Shown here in pieces: positions 32,830-45,000 of a DNA stretch of 64,000 nucleotides (the first letter of the stretch is position 1; the number at the start of each line of letters is the position of its first letter). Under the pieces are notes generated by a model, which did no database searches, had not been told where the DNA came from, and saw only the letters and a program-made list of their open reading frames with translations. Position numbers and translations under genes: made by a program. Source of the DNA: Hyphochytrium catenoides (taxonomy: Eukaryota; Protista; Hyphochytriomycota); the NCBI GenBank assembly GCA_900088475.1, contig FLMG01002232.1, forward strand, positions 1 to 64,000, in the 5' to 3' direction.

Positions 32830-35800
32830 CTATCGGAACTCTGCGGAGACTCCGAACTGCCCGCGCTTCGTTTGGTCCTGGACAGTAAAGGAGTTAACGT
32901 GTAGTGAGAAGAAAGTGACTGGTGAGAGTAGTATAGGTTTTAGAGACAGAACGATGAGTTCTTACCGCGCCATCCGCGCCTTCCCTAAGTATCCACGAGT
33001 AATTTAACTCAAATCGTCCCACACCAGCGTCAAAGACCTGAAGGAGATAGGTGTCAGTGGTTGAAGTACACCAAGAAGCAAAGAAGGAATGCCGTCACAA
33101 AAGACAAACATGCAGGTGCCGTAGAGCAATTAGCTGGCAGCTCATGATAGAATGGTTCTTTAGTCTCTTCAAAGGTACCAACGTCAGGGCATGACACTAG
33201 GCGCATCCCTACCAGTCCACCGCCAGCAGATATTCTGACGTCACCCAACTTCCTGAACTCTCCTGCCTTGTGAATGTTCGTCAAAGTACCCGCGTCGCTG
33301 TAGACGTGGAAGCGGAACCCCTGTTGCTGTGGTGTGAAATAGAAAAGAGGCCATCAGCCCAGCTGACGCTATTATACTCGTTGTTGGGTCAGTTCTTTTC
33401 CAATTGCTAATGCTCGCAAGCTCCTGCTAGTGGTGCCACTACCCCTTACCACTCATAAAGAGTGTCCTTGGCTCCTCTCCCCTATCGCACTTACCGCTAG
33501 AAGTCTGTTAGGGACTGGAAGGCTCAAGGAGGCAGAGGCAGTCGCCATCACGTTGCCTCCGAGAGCGTCTCCCTGCGGTATTCCTCCTTCTCCTGCCACC
33601 GACCGCGGACCTACCCCCTGCAGCAACATCAAGTAAATAGTTGTATTCCTTTACACTCCTGGTTTCTTCTACTGGTGAATTGGTTGAGGACCAGCCTTTT
33701 CTTTCCCCGTGATTGCCAGCTCTCATTGGCCCTAGTAGCGTACCCTAACGTCGAATCCTCTGAGAAGAGAGCCTCCTAAGAAGAATCTATCAGATATGTG
33801 CACGCTTCTCTCAGCCCCTTTCCCCAACGCCTGTAATATGCCTGAATATACAAGATCGGTTTAGATTTGCAGTGTCAGAGTTGGGAGAAGGAAGGCGGTT
33901 CTAGGAAGTGATAAGACGAGACAGGCATCGACCCAAAGCAGAGAAAACTGATATTGGTAAGGAGGATGGAAACGATGTATTCATAGAACTAACACGGTCA
34001 AAGAGAAAGCTGGCGAACGACACTGTAGATGCCAAAGATAAGAATCCACGAAGAAAGCATGAACCTATATGGGCTCCTAAATGAAGCACTACGCCCGGCA
34101 CTCCCCAGAGAGGAGGCGTCAGTGCTGAATGAGTCTGGTATGAAGCTTGGACTTTGGCAAACTGTCCAAGAGAAAGAGACCAGTAAGGAGTATTATTCGA
34201 AAGAAAAGAACGGAATTGTATTCTAACTAATGCGACAGGTCCTGCAGATGCCCCAGTTTCGGCAGGAGAAGCCTTAGAAAAGACGAAGATATACACTGCA
34301 AGGGACAGCAATAAGGAGAGAAAACGCAGAGAGAAAATGAGAGGGAGAGAGAAACATTTTCTGCCAGGAGAAGAATAGCACCCACGAGACCCACATCATA
34401 CCCTTAGGTGAGCTACCCTATAAAAGCCCTTACCTTTGTGTCACCAAGAAGACCTGCAACTTCCGCACTGTTGCAGAGGGTTAGAACGTGAAACTGTAAA
34501 TGGATCGAAAGGCGATCGCCGTACCTTAGGCGGCCCAGATAGCCTGCTGAAGGGGAGGTTCTGCTGTCGCGCCGGTCAGCGGTTAAAGTATACTGCCATA
34601 CAAAGAATTATCATTGATATTACAGTTAGCCCTGGTAAGCCGAAAGAAGTGCCTCTGAGGGCTTACGCCTATGCTCGTCTTCAAAGAGGGCACCGCATCC
34701 TGCAAAATGCTGGCAGCAAGACCAGAGAGAAGGAAAGAGGAGTTATATAAGGAATTCCCGATAAGTCATGTCAGCCTTTATAATTGAAGAGTAGCGTTGA
34801 TAGGTGTCCTCTTACCTTCGAGATGCCGCAAAGGCAAACGGGATGGCCTCCATACGCTTAGGAAGAATGTCCCTCCAAGAAACATCAAAATGCAACTATG
34901 GAGTGAGAAAGAGTTAGGGAGAGCATAAGATGGTACGGCATTGAGGCTGACCGAAAGAGGAAGTAAACAGCATAGATGTAGTGGTAGTCCATGCACATAT
35001 CTAGAAAGACAATTTTCTACTAGCGAGTTGAGGACGCATGTTGCTAATCCCAATCTTCAAGTCTTGCTTACCCCATGGACGCTTTCTCTGTCATAGATGC
35101 TGGCCTTCACTCCACGTTGCTTCTCACTATAAGAACTGAAACGTTCAAATGCCTACGCAGTCCGGAATGTTAAGGCTGGAAGTCTACATCTAAAGGCCAT
35201 ACAGAAGAGGGAGAAATAGAGGAATAGAGAGTATGGGGTGGCGTTGACGTTACATTGAGATGGTTGAACCCATGGACGACAAAGTGACTGTCTCCGCCTA
35301 AGAATTGAGGTTTCTTGTACAAAAGGCTCATGTGACTGCTATGAAGATGCCCTGTAGCATATTCTCCAATGATCTTCTCTCCCTCTCCCAAGGGATTAAT
35401 GAGTGCAAGTTTAGACTCCACTGTTCCTTCGCCCTCTCTAACAAATGTCGCTGAGGGCCATGGTGGTGAGAAGGCAGTGTTAAAGCAAGGCAGTGGAAGA
35501 GTGGCATGAAAGAGCATCATTACCTGCATTTAGTCGGACAACGCCTCTTTCCTTAACTGCTACATTGACCACGATTCCTGTCTCTCCTCCTCCCGTCGCT
35601 TGCCCTGAATAAACAGTAAGCTACGACGCTGAAGTTGCAGAGGGGGCTAGGATGTTTACCTTCATGCAACTGGAAGTCTATCTTTTTAAAAATGTCTAGG
35701 CGGTTCAGGCCCTGTTTCAAGGTTGAAGAAGCCAGCGGAGAGTTACACTGCTCTAACACGCAAAGGCTATGAACAATCTTACATTAGCAGCAACCTGCAA

Positions 35801-36065
35801 CGCCGTCTCTAGTTCTGACAGCGATCGCGCCTGCAGTAGCCCCTGTTGCAGTGGATTATCAATAAAGTGACTCGCGTGACCTTACTTCACCTGTACTAGC
35901 TCTGAAGCATACCTGGACCTCACGCTCAATGACTTTGGAGCTGGAAAGAGGTCAACATATCAGCATATCGAGAGGAAGGCGTTAAGGAGAGTTCACCAAC
36001 CTCGTCCGATTGTTCCCAGTGATAACCAGTCCTTCCACCCTCACAGGCTGCTCCGTGACTTCCAT
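32830..36065 (-). CDS. SAM50: Mitochondrial outer-membrane Omp85 beta-barrel insertase Sam50, multi-exon
   Basis: POTRA start PVRVEGLVITGNNRTR, GLNRLDIFKKI, VNVAVKE, LINPLGEGEKI, VRISAGGGL, GRFELNYSW, C-terminal beta-signal QFGVSAEFR*. Internal exon edges are approximate. Confidence 0.88.
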
Positions 36066-36369
36066 GTTCTCGTGAATGTTATAGCAGACGTTTCTCGTAG
36101 CCCGTGCCGGTCTCAGAAGGCCCAGCCTCGCTGAAGAAGCGCGAGGTCTGAAAGGAGAATAGAAGAGAGATTACCCCTACGCGGAAAGAGGAAGTCGTAA
36201 CCTAAAGGGAAAAGGAAGAGTAAATCTCCCTTCTGTGCAAAGGTCAGCACAAGGTCAGTTGATGAGCTCAGCAGCAGAGTCTGACAGAGTTTATTGAGTT
36301 TTTCACGAAGATTCGCATCTTCGGCGGAATTGTTGAGCTCCACGAAAATAATGATATTGAGCGGGTAAC

Positions 36370-36550
36370 GGAACAATCAGCCAAAATGATAATCAAAATT
36401 TAATAACTAGACTATTCATCCTGAAGATGTAACGACATTCTTCGCGATTCCTCTTCACACATTTCTTAGACACATGCTAGTTCGGAATAAATATTCTCTT
36501 TATGGGCATATTGCCCCGATAAGTTATTCATATTAGAAATAAAGATGACT
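36370..36550. promoter_or_regulatory. AT-rich patch in the divergent SAM50 / RelA-TPR intergenic region (candidate bidirectional promoter)
   Basis: Local AT enrichment relative to about 50% GC surroundings, between two head-to-head genes; positional inference only. Confidence 0.3.
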
Positions 36551-37004
36551 AGCCATGTCGCCCATCATCATCCTGTCTTTTCTCGCGCTTCAGCCGCACG
36601 ATGTCCGCCCATCCTGGCCCCGCCTTATCGCTGGGTTCCGCCATCAGTAGTCCTTGCAGAAGAGAAGACGAGAGGCCTTCTCTACAGAGTAGGAGAGCAG
36701 GGTTAACCAAGTAAACTTGGCACTTCTTAGGCTTGCCCATCGTGCAGGACGAAGGCAGCAAAGAGCCTTTAGAGAGCAGAGAAAGGGTCGAAAGGGAAGC
36801 TTGTCTCCGGTATGCCTTTAGCTCTCTGCAGTGACGAAAGGAGCACTCCAACAAGAAAGCTGACAGACTACTGAACGAATGTCATCATAAGATCCTATTT
36901 ATCTTCACTCAAACTTCGTGAAGTCGAGGTGACTTCTTGAGGTGCACAGGGCCTGTCTAGTTGGTCACGAGTCATCTGCCCTTGCCCGCTCAAGATAGGG
37001 AGTG

Positions 37005-40000
37005 ATGACGGCCTCATCTGAACCAAATGAAGCGCAAGAAGCGGAGAAAGTGGCTTGCTTGCTCATTGAGGGCAAGCAAGTCCGCCATGATCAGATGCGC
37101 TATGATCTAACGTTTAGTGCTTTGAAAAGGAAGGAAGGCTCCATTGAAATACCATCTCTGACGGACTTTTCAACCTTTCATCTACCACGGCAGCAACCGT
37201 CCACGGCGACTCTGGTGGATCTTATTACCCAAGGTGAAAAGGTGGTAAAAGCCTTTGAGGAATATACACTATCTATCGCAAACCGCTGCCCCGGGGTGCA
37301 TTGTCACATCTTTCCAGGTGAGTTGTCTGATGAAGAAACTATTCTTAGTGTCTGCCAATGCTTTTGGCCTTTCTTAACCCTAGTGTTGGTTCTTTCTCTA
37401 TTTTGTTCCTTTCGCCCGTAAAGGCCTAAAGAAGGCTGAAAGGGCTAAGCAGAAGATAAAGAACGACTACGATGGGGATAGCTGTCGCCTGATGGACATT
37501 GTGCGCACCTCATTGGTCTTCAACGACGTTTCGGCATTGAAGGAAGGTGTCTCCATCCTCATCGAAGATGTGAAGAAGTCCCCTAATATGGAGATTGAGC
37601 GGGTCAAGTCAACGTTTAAGGACAGCGCCATTCCTGGCGGATACCGTGACCTGAAGATCAACATCAGGTTTCAGGGGCACATTTGCGAGATCCAGTTGCA
37701 CCTCGAGAGTCTATGGGAGCTAAAGAAGGAGGATGGGCAACGGCACTTTCACTGGTGTGAGGAGCATAAGGTCCTCCCTGACTTCTCCTGTTATGAGCTC
37801 CTCGAGAACAGCGCCGTCAGCCCTGCTTGTCTCTCCATGGTACTCAACATTGTGAAGAGAAAGATTGGAGAGGATGCTTGGATTTTCGCTCTAGTGCATG
37901 GCCGATTGGGTCAATACCAACAGGCTGAGGAGTATTGCAGACGTGCTATTGGTGATAGTAGCCAAACGCATGGCCGGCAGGATCCACTGACATTAGGTTG
38001 TATGAACTATCTGGCACTGCTACTCATCGACCAAGGAAGGATTAGAGAAGCCGACGAGACGCTTCGGAACACTTTGAAAGGCTTTGAAATGACGTTGGAC
38101 TCTAATCATCCTCAAACACTGAACACAATCAATCTCCTAGCATCTTTAATCCTCACTGAGGGTCGATGGGGTGAAGCTGAAGCTCTCTATCGCCGAGCCT
38201 TGACAGGCAGGACGGAGGCACTCGGTACTAAGCATCCTCATACACTCGAGACTCTTAATGCGTTATCAACCTTGCTCTACAAGCAAGGAAAGTATGCGGA
38301 TGCTGAAGTTCTCTACAGAAAAGCTTTGGTAGGGCTAGAAGCTCTTCACGGTCCCATGCATGTCAAGACATTGGAGCAGATGACAGCGCTTGCCACCGTG
38401 CTCTGCAAACAGGGGCAGATAACAGAGGCCGAGAATCTTTTCCGGAGGGCTTCTTCCGCCTATGAGAATGTGCTGGGACCGATGCATCCAGAGACACTAA
38501 CTGCTATCTTCAACCTGGCCTCGCTGCAAGCCGGACAGGGCCGAAATATCGAGGCTGAAATTCTTCATCGACGAGTGCTGAACTCTAGGGAGGAGTTCTT
38601 GGGCTATCTCCATCCTGATACCATGACGAGTGTAGCTGCCTTGGGTGGTATCTTCCAAGAGGAGAGGAAGTACGAGGAGGCAGAAGAGTTCTATACCCGC
38701 TGCATTAGAGGTAAGGACCTTCCGTTCGCGTTAACCGCGGTTGTGGAACAGCTTTATTCCCGTCTGATTACTGTCTCTTCCTCTCAAGCTCGCTTTAAGA
38801 CTTCAGACCTGCCGAAGAACGCACACACATCATCTTTCCTCTTCCCTTTTCCTCCCAAGTACTTTAGTTTCCACAAAATTCCCTCCGTCCTGCCACCTCT
38901 TTCTTTCGATCTAACTTCGCCCATATATCAATCCGCGCAGATCGGGACCAGGTTCTGGGACCTAAGCATCAGCAAACTCTCTCTTGCATCTTTAGTCTCG
39001 CGACAATGTATGATGCCCAGGGCAAGTGGTTGGAGGCTGAGCCTCTATATCGAAGAGCCTTGGCGGGCTTCGAGGAAGTGCTTGGGCCCACTCACCCTGA
39101 AACGCTGGCAACCGGGAGCAATCTCGCACTCCTTCTAAGGAAGCAGGAAAAGATTGATGAAGCGGATCCTCTCTATCGCAAGGTACTGGCAGGTTACGAG
39201 CAGGTGTTGGATGAGAACCACCCTCAGACCCTCTCTATAATGAGTGGACTTGCGGGCGTCTTGCACATCAAAGGCAGGCTGCAGGAGGCTGAGCCGCTGT
39301 ATCGTAGGGCACTGCAGGGTTACCAAGAGATATGGGGAGCACGGAATACCTCTACTCTATTCATTCTCTACAACCTTGCCACCTTATTGAAGCAGCTTGG
39401 GAACCTCACTGAGGCTGAGGGGCTCTGCCGAAAGGCCCTGACAGGATACGAAGAGGTGTTAGGGCAGAAGCACGGGAACACTTTGGACAGCATCTACACT
39501 TTGGCTTGCATCCTAGCTGATCAGGGCAAAGTTGCAGAGGCAGAGTCGTACTATAAGACAGCCCTAGAAAGCTTCGAAGCTGCAATTGGCCCCAAGCATC
39601 CCGATACCCTCCGATGCGTGAACGGTCTAGCGATAGTCCTGGAAGTTCAGCAGAAGATGGAAGAGGCAGAGCAATACTATCGGAGAGCGATGATAGGTTA
39701 CGATGAGGTACATGGACCCAAACATCCAGACACCATTAAGAGCGTCAACAACTTGGCCTGTCTCCTCGCCAGTCTCGGCAAACTTCTAGAGGCTGAGCCC
39801 CTTTTCCGGAAGGTTATCTCTGAATCTGGAGAGGTTACCAAGAACATTGACACTCTGAGAAGCTTATTCAGTCTGGCAGAGCTGCTCTCAGAACAGGGCA
39901 AACTTGCGGAAGGAGAGAGCCTTCTGAGAAATGCCCTGCAAGGCTTTGAGGAAGCGGTCGGCCCTAAACACCTGGAGACTCTGAGGGCGATGATGTCTCT

Positions 40001-40361
40001 TGGAAGTCTACTGGAGCGTCAGGGAAAGTTCCATGAAGCAGAGCCCATTTTTCGCCGTTGTCTAGCGACATACAAGGAAATATATGGGAACAACCACGTG
40101 GACACCTTAACTTGCATGCTGCAAATCGCCTCTCTTCTGTCGGAAGAGGGAAAGTATGCAGAGGCGGACAAACTCTGTCTCAAAACCATCGAGGCGATTG
40201 ACGACATGACGAGCAGAATGGATGTGGATGTCAAAATCCTGACGCTAAAGAAGAGGTTTAAGTATGTCAAGCTCCGTAATAGGTTCAGAAGGCTAGTGCA
40301 GACGCTATCCTTCGGTAGCTGCTTCACTGCAGATAACAGCAGAGTAGACGTTCTCCGCTGA
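37005..40361 (+). CDS. RelA/SpoT-like (alarmone synthetase fold) nucleotidyltransferase fused to about 17 42-aa TPR repeats; 3 exons (37005-37317, 37424-38710, 38941-40361)
   Basis: Spliced N-terminus PGLKKAERAKQKIKNDYDGDSCRLMDIVRTS...ERVKSTF...GGYRDLKINIRFQGHICEIQLH, then repeats of the form QGKxxEAExLYRRALxGxExxLGPxHPxTLxxxxxLAxLL. Both GT-AG introns restore the frame. Confidence 0.88.
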
Positions 40362-42050
40362 GGATGCTAAAGCGTCCATCAGAAGCTCTCTTCGTCGGCT
40401 GCAGCAGGTGTCCTCACCTGGCAACAATGTGCGATTGTTCATATCATATTGGAAACCTACTTTTCTTGAAGCTAGGCTATTAATATTTATCCTGTTCCTC
40501 AAACGGTCTCGCTGCTCTTCTCGCGCTATTATTTCTACTTGGTTTCCTACCCGCTTCTGGTAGAGCGAGTCCTACTGCCGCGGGCTCACCAACAAGCTTC
40601 GGCCTCCTCCTCATCGAATAGATAGCTGGTACATTCCCTCGCTCTACTTGCATTAACCGAGCTGCAGCACTGCGACACCCTCCTTGAGTTTCACTGACGC
40701 CGTGTACGTTGACCTATTAGAACCATCATCAGACAAGGGTCAAACCTCAATCTCCGTCATCTCCTGGTGCCGTCTGCCAGGACAATGGGGCAGTGCTGCT
40801 GCAGCCCCTGAAGGCTCCGCTGATCAGCTCCGATCCCATGCTGATCCACCCTATAACGGCCAACTTCAACTCGGCGCCTGACGCTTCCTAACAAGCAACC
40901 CCATGGCTGCTCCTCTCCCATCCTCCCTCCCTCCCTTCTAACCCTATTAAGCAGCAGCAACACCAACAGCACCGGCTCTCTCACTGGAACAGTGGTACTG
41001 TATGGGCAGTCCCATGAAGCATATAATAGATTTCATTTGTGAAAGCTTTATCAGAACCATGAGGTAAATATAGGAAAGATTGGCCTTGTACGAAACCTTG
41101 TTTATATTTCCATTTATGTAGAGAAATGTTTCCTGGGTAGGTTACGTTTCCGCTGACCTCAGGCATCTGAGGCATCCCCATCACCTCTATTATAGATATA
41201 TTTAGGAGGAGGTACCCCCACCCCCATGGGCCCGGCGTTTAGTAGGTTTGTTACATGGACATCAGGGTTATGCAAGCTAACAATGTCGACCTGGAAGTAA
41301 AGTGCATGGCATTCGAGACAGAGTCAAAATGAGAGATGAAAGTGGAAGAGCCAGAGTGGCTAGTGAGTGGTGGGGTTACGAGTAGCTTGGGGGATATTTC
41401 ATAGGACACAGAGTCTACAAGAGATAGACGGGGAAGAAGAGACCAAAACCCTGAGAGGTGATGCAAATGAAGGAAGAAGAGAGTTTCTTTGTGAAGCGCG
41501 TGCAGGGTTACCTCGAGCAACAGAGCGACAAAGAAGAGTGGTGACATTGGAGCACAGGCTCCATTGGCCAATAACTGAGCTTTCGGAGGCCAAAGTTCCT
41601 CTAGTGATCTTGCGAGACAAACACGGCTGGAAGTACGGCTGTTGACCAGCCTATTAGCAAGTACGAGCGTGCAAGAGAGCAAGAGAGCGAGAGAGCGAGA
41701 GAGCTGACCACGGCGTTCAGGTCCCTGCGCCGATATAGACCAGAGTTCTATAATAGGTCGAAAGTCTTATGATGGCCTCGGGCACATCTTCACTTGGCGG
41801 AGAATCTGTCTGAGGGGAAGAGGAGAGCTTTTTTGGAGGAATAGTAATCCTTGCTGAGGGGTAGCATACAGTCTTTCCTGGGGAAGAGGGAAGAGCTGAT
41901 GCCTATGAGAAAGGGGAATGCTTTCAACAATACAAGAGAGAGACTGGAGCTTGAGCTGAAGACTGTGATGCCTGTGAAGGCGTTGGGTCATCAATGCCAT
42001 CAGTGAGGTCGATGGAGGGGCCCACAAGGCTTCTCAGCAGGGGGGCCCAT

Positions 42051-45000
42051 ATGTTGGCCGTCTTCGTCCTAGTTCTCACACTATGCAGATCACATGCCGG
42101 CGCAAATGGGGGTTTTGACCACCCGTTGCAGCCGTACAGAACGCATAGGAAGCTAGAAAGGTAAACGAAAGTGAGAAGGTAGATACATGAAGAGAACTTA
42201 ATGGATAATTCTCTTGCTCTTTCTGTCAATTTTTTTGTCCCTTACACACAGAGCTCCTGGTGAAGTTGCTCTGACAGCTAGGAACGGTGGCAACCTTTAC
42301 TTTGGAAAGATCCAAATCGACTCTTCGACCTTCAATGTGCAATTTGACACCGGAAGTGCTGACCTTTGGATCTACGCTGACAAGCTGCCACCTTCAGCCG
42401 TTGCAGCGGCTAGCAATGAGTCGGGATGGCGACTTGCGTATGGTGGAGGAGTGGTGGGTTAGACTCGGCTGTTACACTTCAGTCTTCGATGTGGTTCTTG
42501 TCTTCAGCTCTTTCAAGCCCTTTCGATACTATGACTCTTCCTGCACTTTCCATTAAGCTCTCCTTCATATTTTTCGTGTCCTACATCCAAGTCAGCAATC
42601 ATACAGGTGTCTCCCTGGCAAGGACTTACTCTTATCCTTTCGCTTTCTCTCTGGGGTCGTTCCCAGGTTCAAGGCTTAGTTGCGTTCGGATCGGTTGTAG
42701 TAGGAGGCAAAACTTTGGAGGACTTTCGCTATGGCATCGCCACCACCGGCAAGATCAACGGCTTGGACGTGGACGGCATCTGTGGGCTGGGCTTCTTACC
42801 TCTTGCGCGGATATCAAAGGAGGACAGTGTAAGCTAAGTTTGAGACTCCTCCTGCTGAACTGCATAATCTATGACCCATTCGCTTTGATTCTCTTTACTT
42901 TTCTTTGGGTCCGCGATCCTTTTCGAATGAGAGGTTCCAAGGTCTGAGCTGGTTCCATCATCTGCATATCCTCCAGTCGTCGGTTCTGCCTGTGTTCATT
43001 ATAGACCAGTACTGACATGAACGACGTCCCTCTCTTGTCTCTCTTGCATTGCAGCTGCTATCCAAGAAATTCAACAACTTTTCTCTCTTTTTGACACCTG
43101 AGAACGACGTTGAAGGTTCTACATTGACCTTCGACTCCCAGCAGCCAGTTCCTGGCGCTCAGAACCTCACCTGGTATCGGTTTGACATATTTCCCGGTTC
43201 CAAATACTGGAGGATTCCGGTGGCATCTGTAGAGATCGCACTCTCAAAAATTCAATATTCATCGGGCTTGGGCTCAGCGGTGGTTGATTCAGGCAGCTCC
43301 TATGTACTGATCCCCTCGTCCAGTTATGATGCGGTGAGTACCCAAGTAAATAACACGACAGCTCTTAATATAGTGAGGGTCAGATGGCGGTGAGAGAGGA
43401 AAAGACAAGGTCGCGGAGGTGCAAATGAGAAGAGGCGGAGAAATGTGTGCAATTGGGGTTTCTTTCTCTTCTCTTCAGCACGGCAGCTTCTGGTCACTTT
43501 TTCTCTCCATGCTTGAGACTCATCGAAAGACTTCAGCTCTTGCAACCCACTTGAACGTTTCTCGCAACCCACCCTTTTCCTAGTTCTATCCGATGGTCCC
43601 CTTGCCAAGCTTTTTGCTCTGGCCCTTCCATCAGCAGAAAAGTGGGATTTATACCACTCTGTGGTGGAAGGCTGGCCAACTGCTCCATTCTACGCTTCTG
43701 CTTATCTGAACCTAATTATTGTCTTTCTGTCCACTAGGTGATTTCACGCTTCTTCTACGGCTTTAACTGTTCTGCCAACTACGGATTGTTGCTCTGTCCA
43801 AAGTCTTCGGAGCTGCCACCACTGACCTTTTCGCTGGGAAGGAATCGCACTTCGTTCGCACTTCAACCCTCAGATTATAGTTCCCCCTATGATTGTGATC
43901 GGTGAGCTCAGAAATGTCTAGTCCATGCTTGCTGTTACTCTCTCTGCGCTATGTCTCTCTGACCTATGTTTTACAATATGCCGCTTTTTGCCCTTAAAGC
44001 TTGTTGCTTCTGTCAGGGTTTGCAGGAAGCCTACACTTTGATCTTCGTTTGCTTGGCATGTGCCGTATCCTATCTTTGATTGGTTGATGAAGCTACCATT
44101 GAGGGTGACCACACTATTAGTAACAAATCCTCAGGCGCTCACGCACGTTTGTGGCTGCCTTCGCTACCTTCAAGTTGTTATATTATTGCTTCCTCTCCGA
44201 CTAAACGCTGACAACCTCTCACTATACTGACTTACCACTCTTCAAGGGTATTGGTTGAGTTGCAGGTTAACGCGGTGACAGATGACTGGGTCCTTGGTGG
44301 TACATTTCTTCGAGCCTACCCATCTCTCTATGCCATGCCCAGTGTGGGCGGCAATGTGGCGTCAATATCCTTTGCTTGTGAGGCGGAGGGGTGCAATGGT
44401 GGTAAAGGGGTAAAGAACCTTGATATTTATTGTTCCAAACGTAAGTCAGCTCTGTCTGGAGTCCTACGTACTTTCATCTTCAGCCTCGTTATCCCTGCTT
44501 GCTTTTCTTACTCGTTATACGGAGGATGTGCCACGAGAGCTCAAGCACACATGACATTCTACTCACTTTAGCTGAGCATTTCCTTACTGAGTGACATCGA
44601 ACTAGCTTCTCTCATTTCCTCAGACGCTGGAACGTTTCCTTCTACTGACCTGTCTGCTGTCTCCTCTATCCGCAGCTGGCATGACAGGGACACAGATTGC
44701 GATTATCTCAGTTTCGGTCACCTGCGCTGTCCTGGCAGTCATCACAGCCACGGTGTACATCAGACGCAAAAGGAGGCTGCAGAAGGAAGGTACGACGAAG
44801 GATCTATGCGTTGTCCCTTTCCTGAGATTCTGCCACATTTCTGGCTCTCGATTCCTCTATTCTTCCTTCTCAAGCGACATCCTCACCTGCTCCTGTGGCG
44901 GGATGAGCTATGACTCGTGAGAGTCTAATGTACTTAAATCTTGTTCTCAATGCAGTTGAGTCAAAGGGCGGCGAGGCAGTGCCAGAGAAGGGCCTGGCTG

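Noticed and set aside
37005-37720. Canonical plastid RSH (ppGpp synthase/hydrolase) or bacterial contamination
   Set aside because: No HD domain or targeting presequence; the gene has spliceosomal introns and sits between ordinary eukaryotic genes.
37492-40361. Kinesin light chain, or two separate/frameshifted TPR ORFs
   Set aside because: The repeats are KLC-like, but there is no KLC heptad region and there are far more than six TPRs; the two ORFs join cleanly through GT-AG intron 38711-38940.
7650-40361. A purine/alarmone gene cluster linking GDA, MRI1 and RelA-TPR
   Set aside because: The genes are 4-27 kb apart and interleaved with unrelated housekeeping genes; no evidence of functional clustering.
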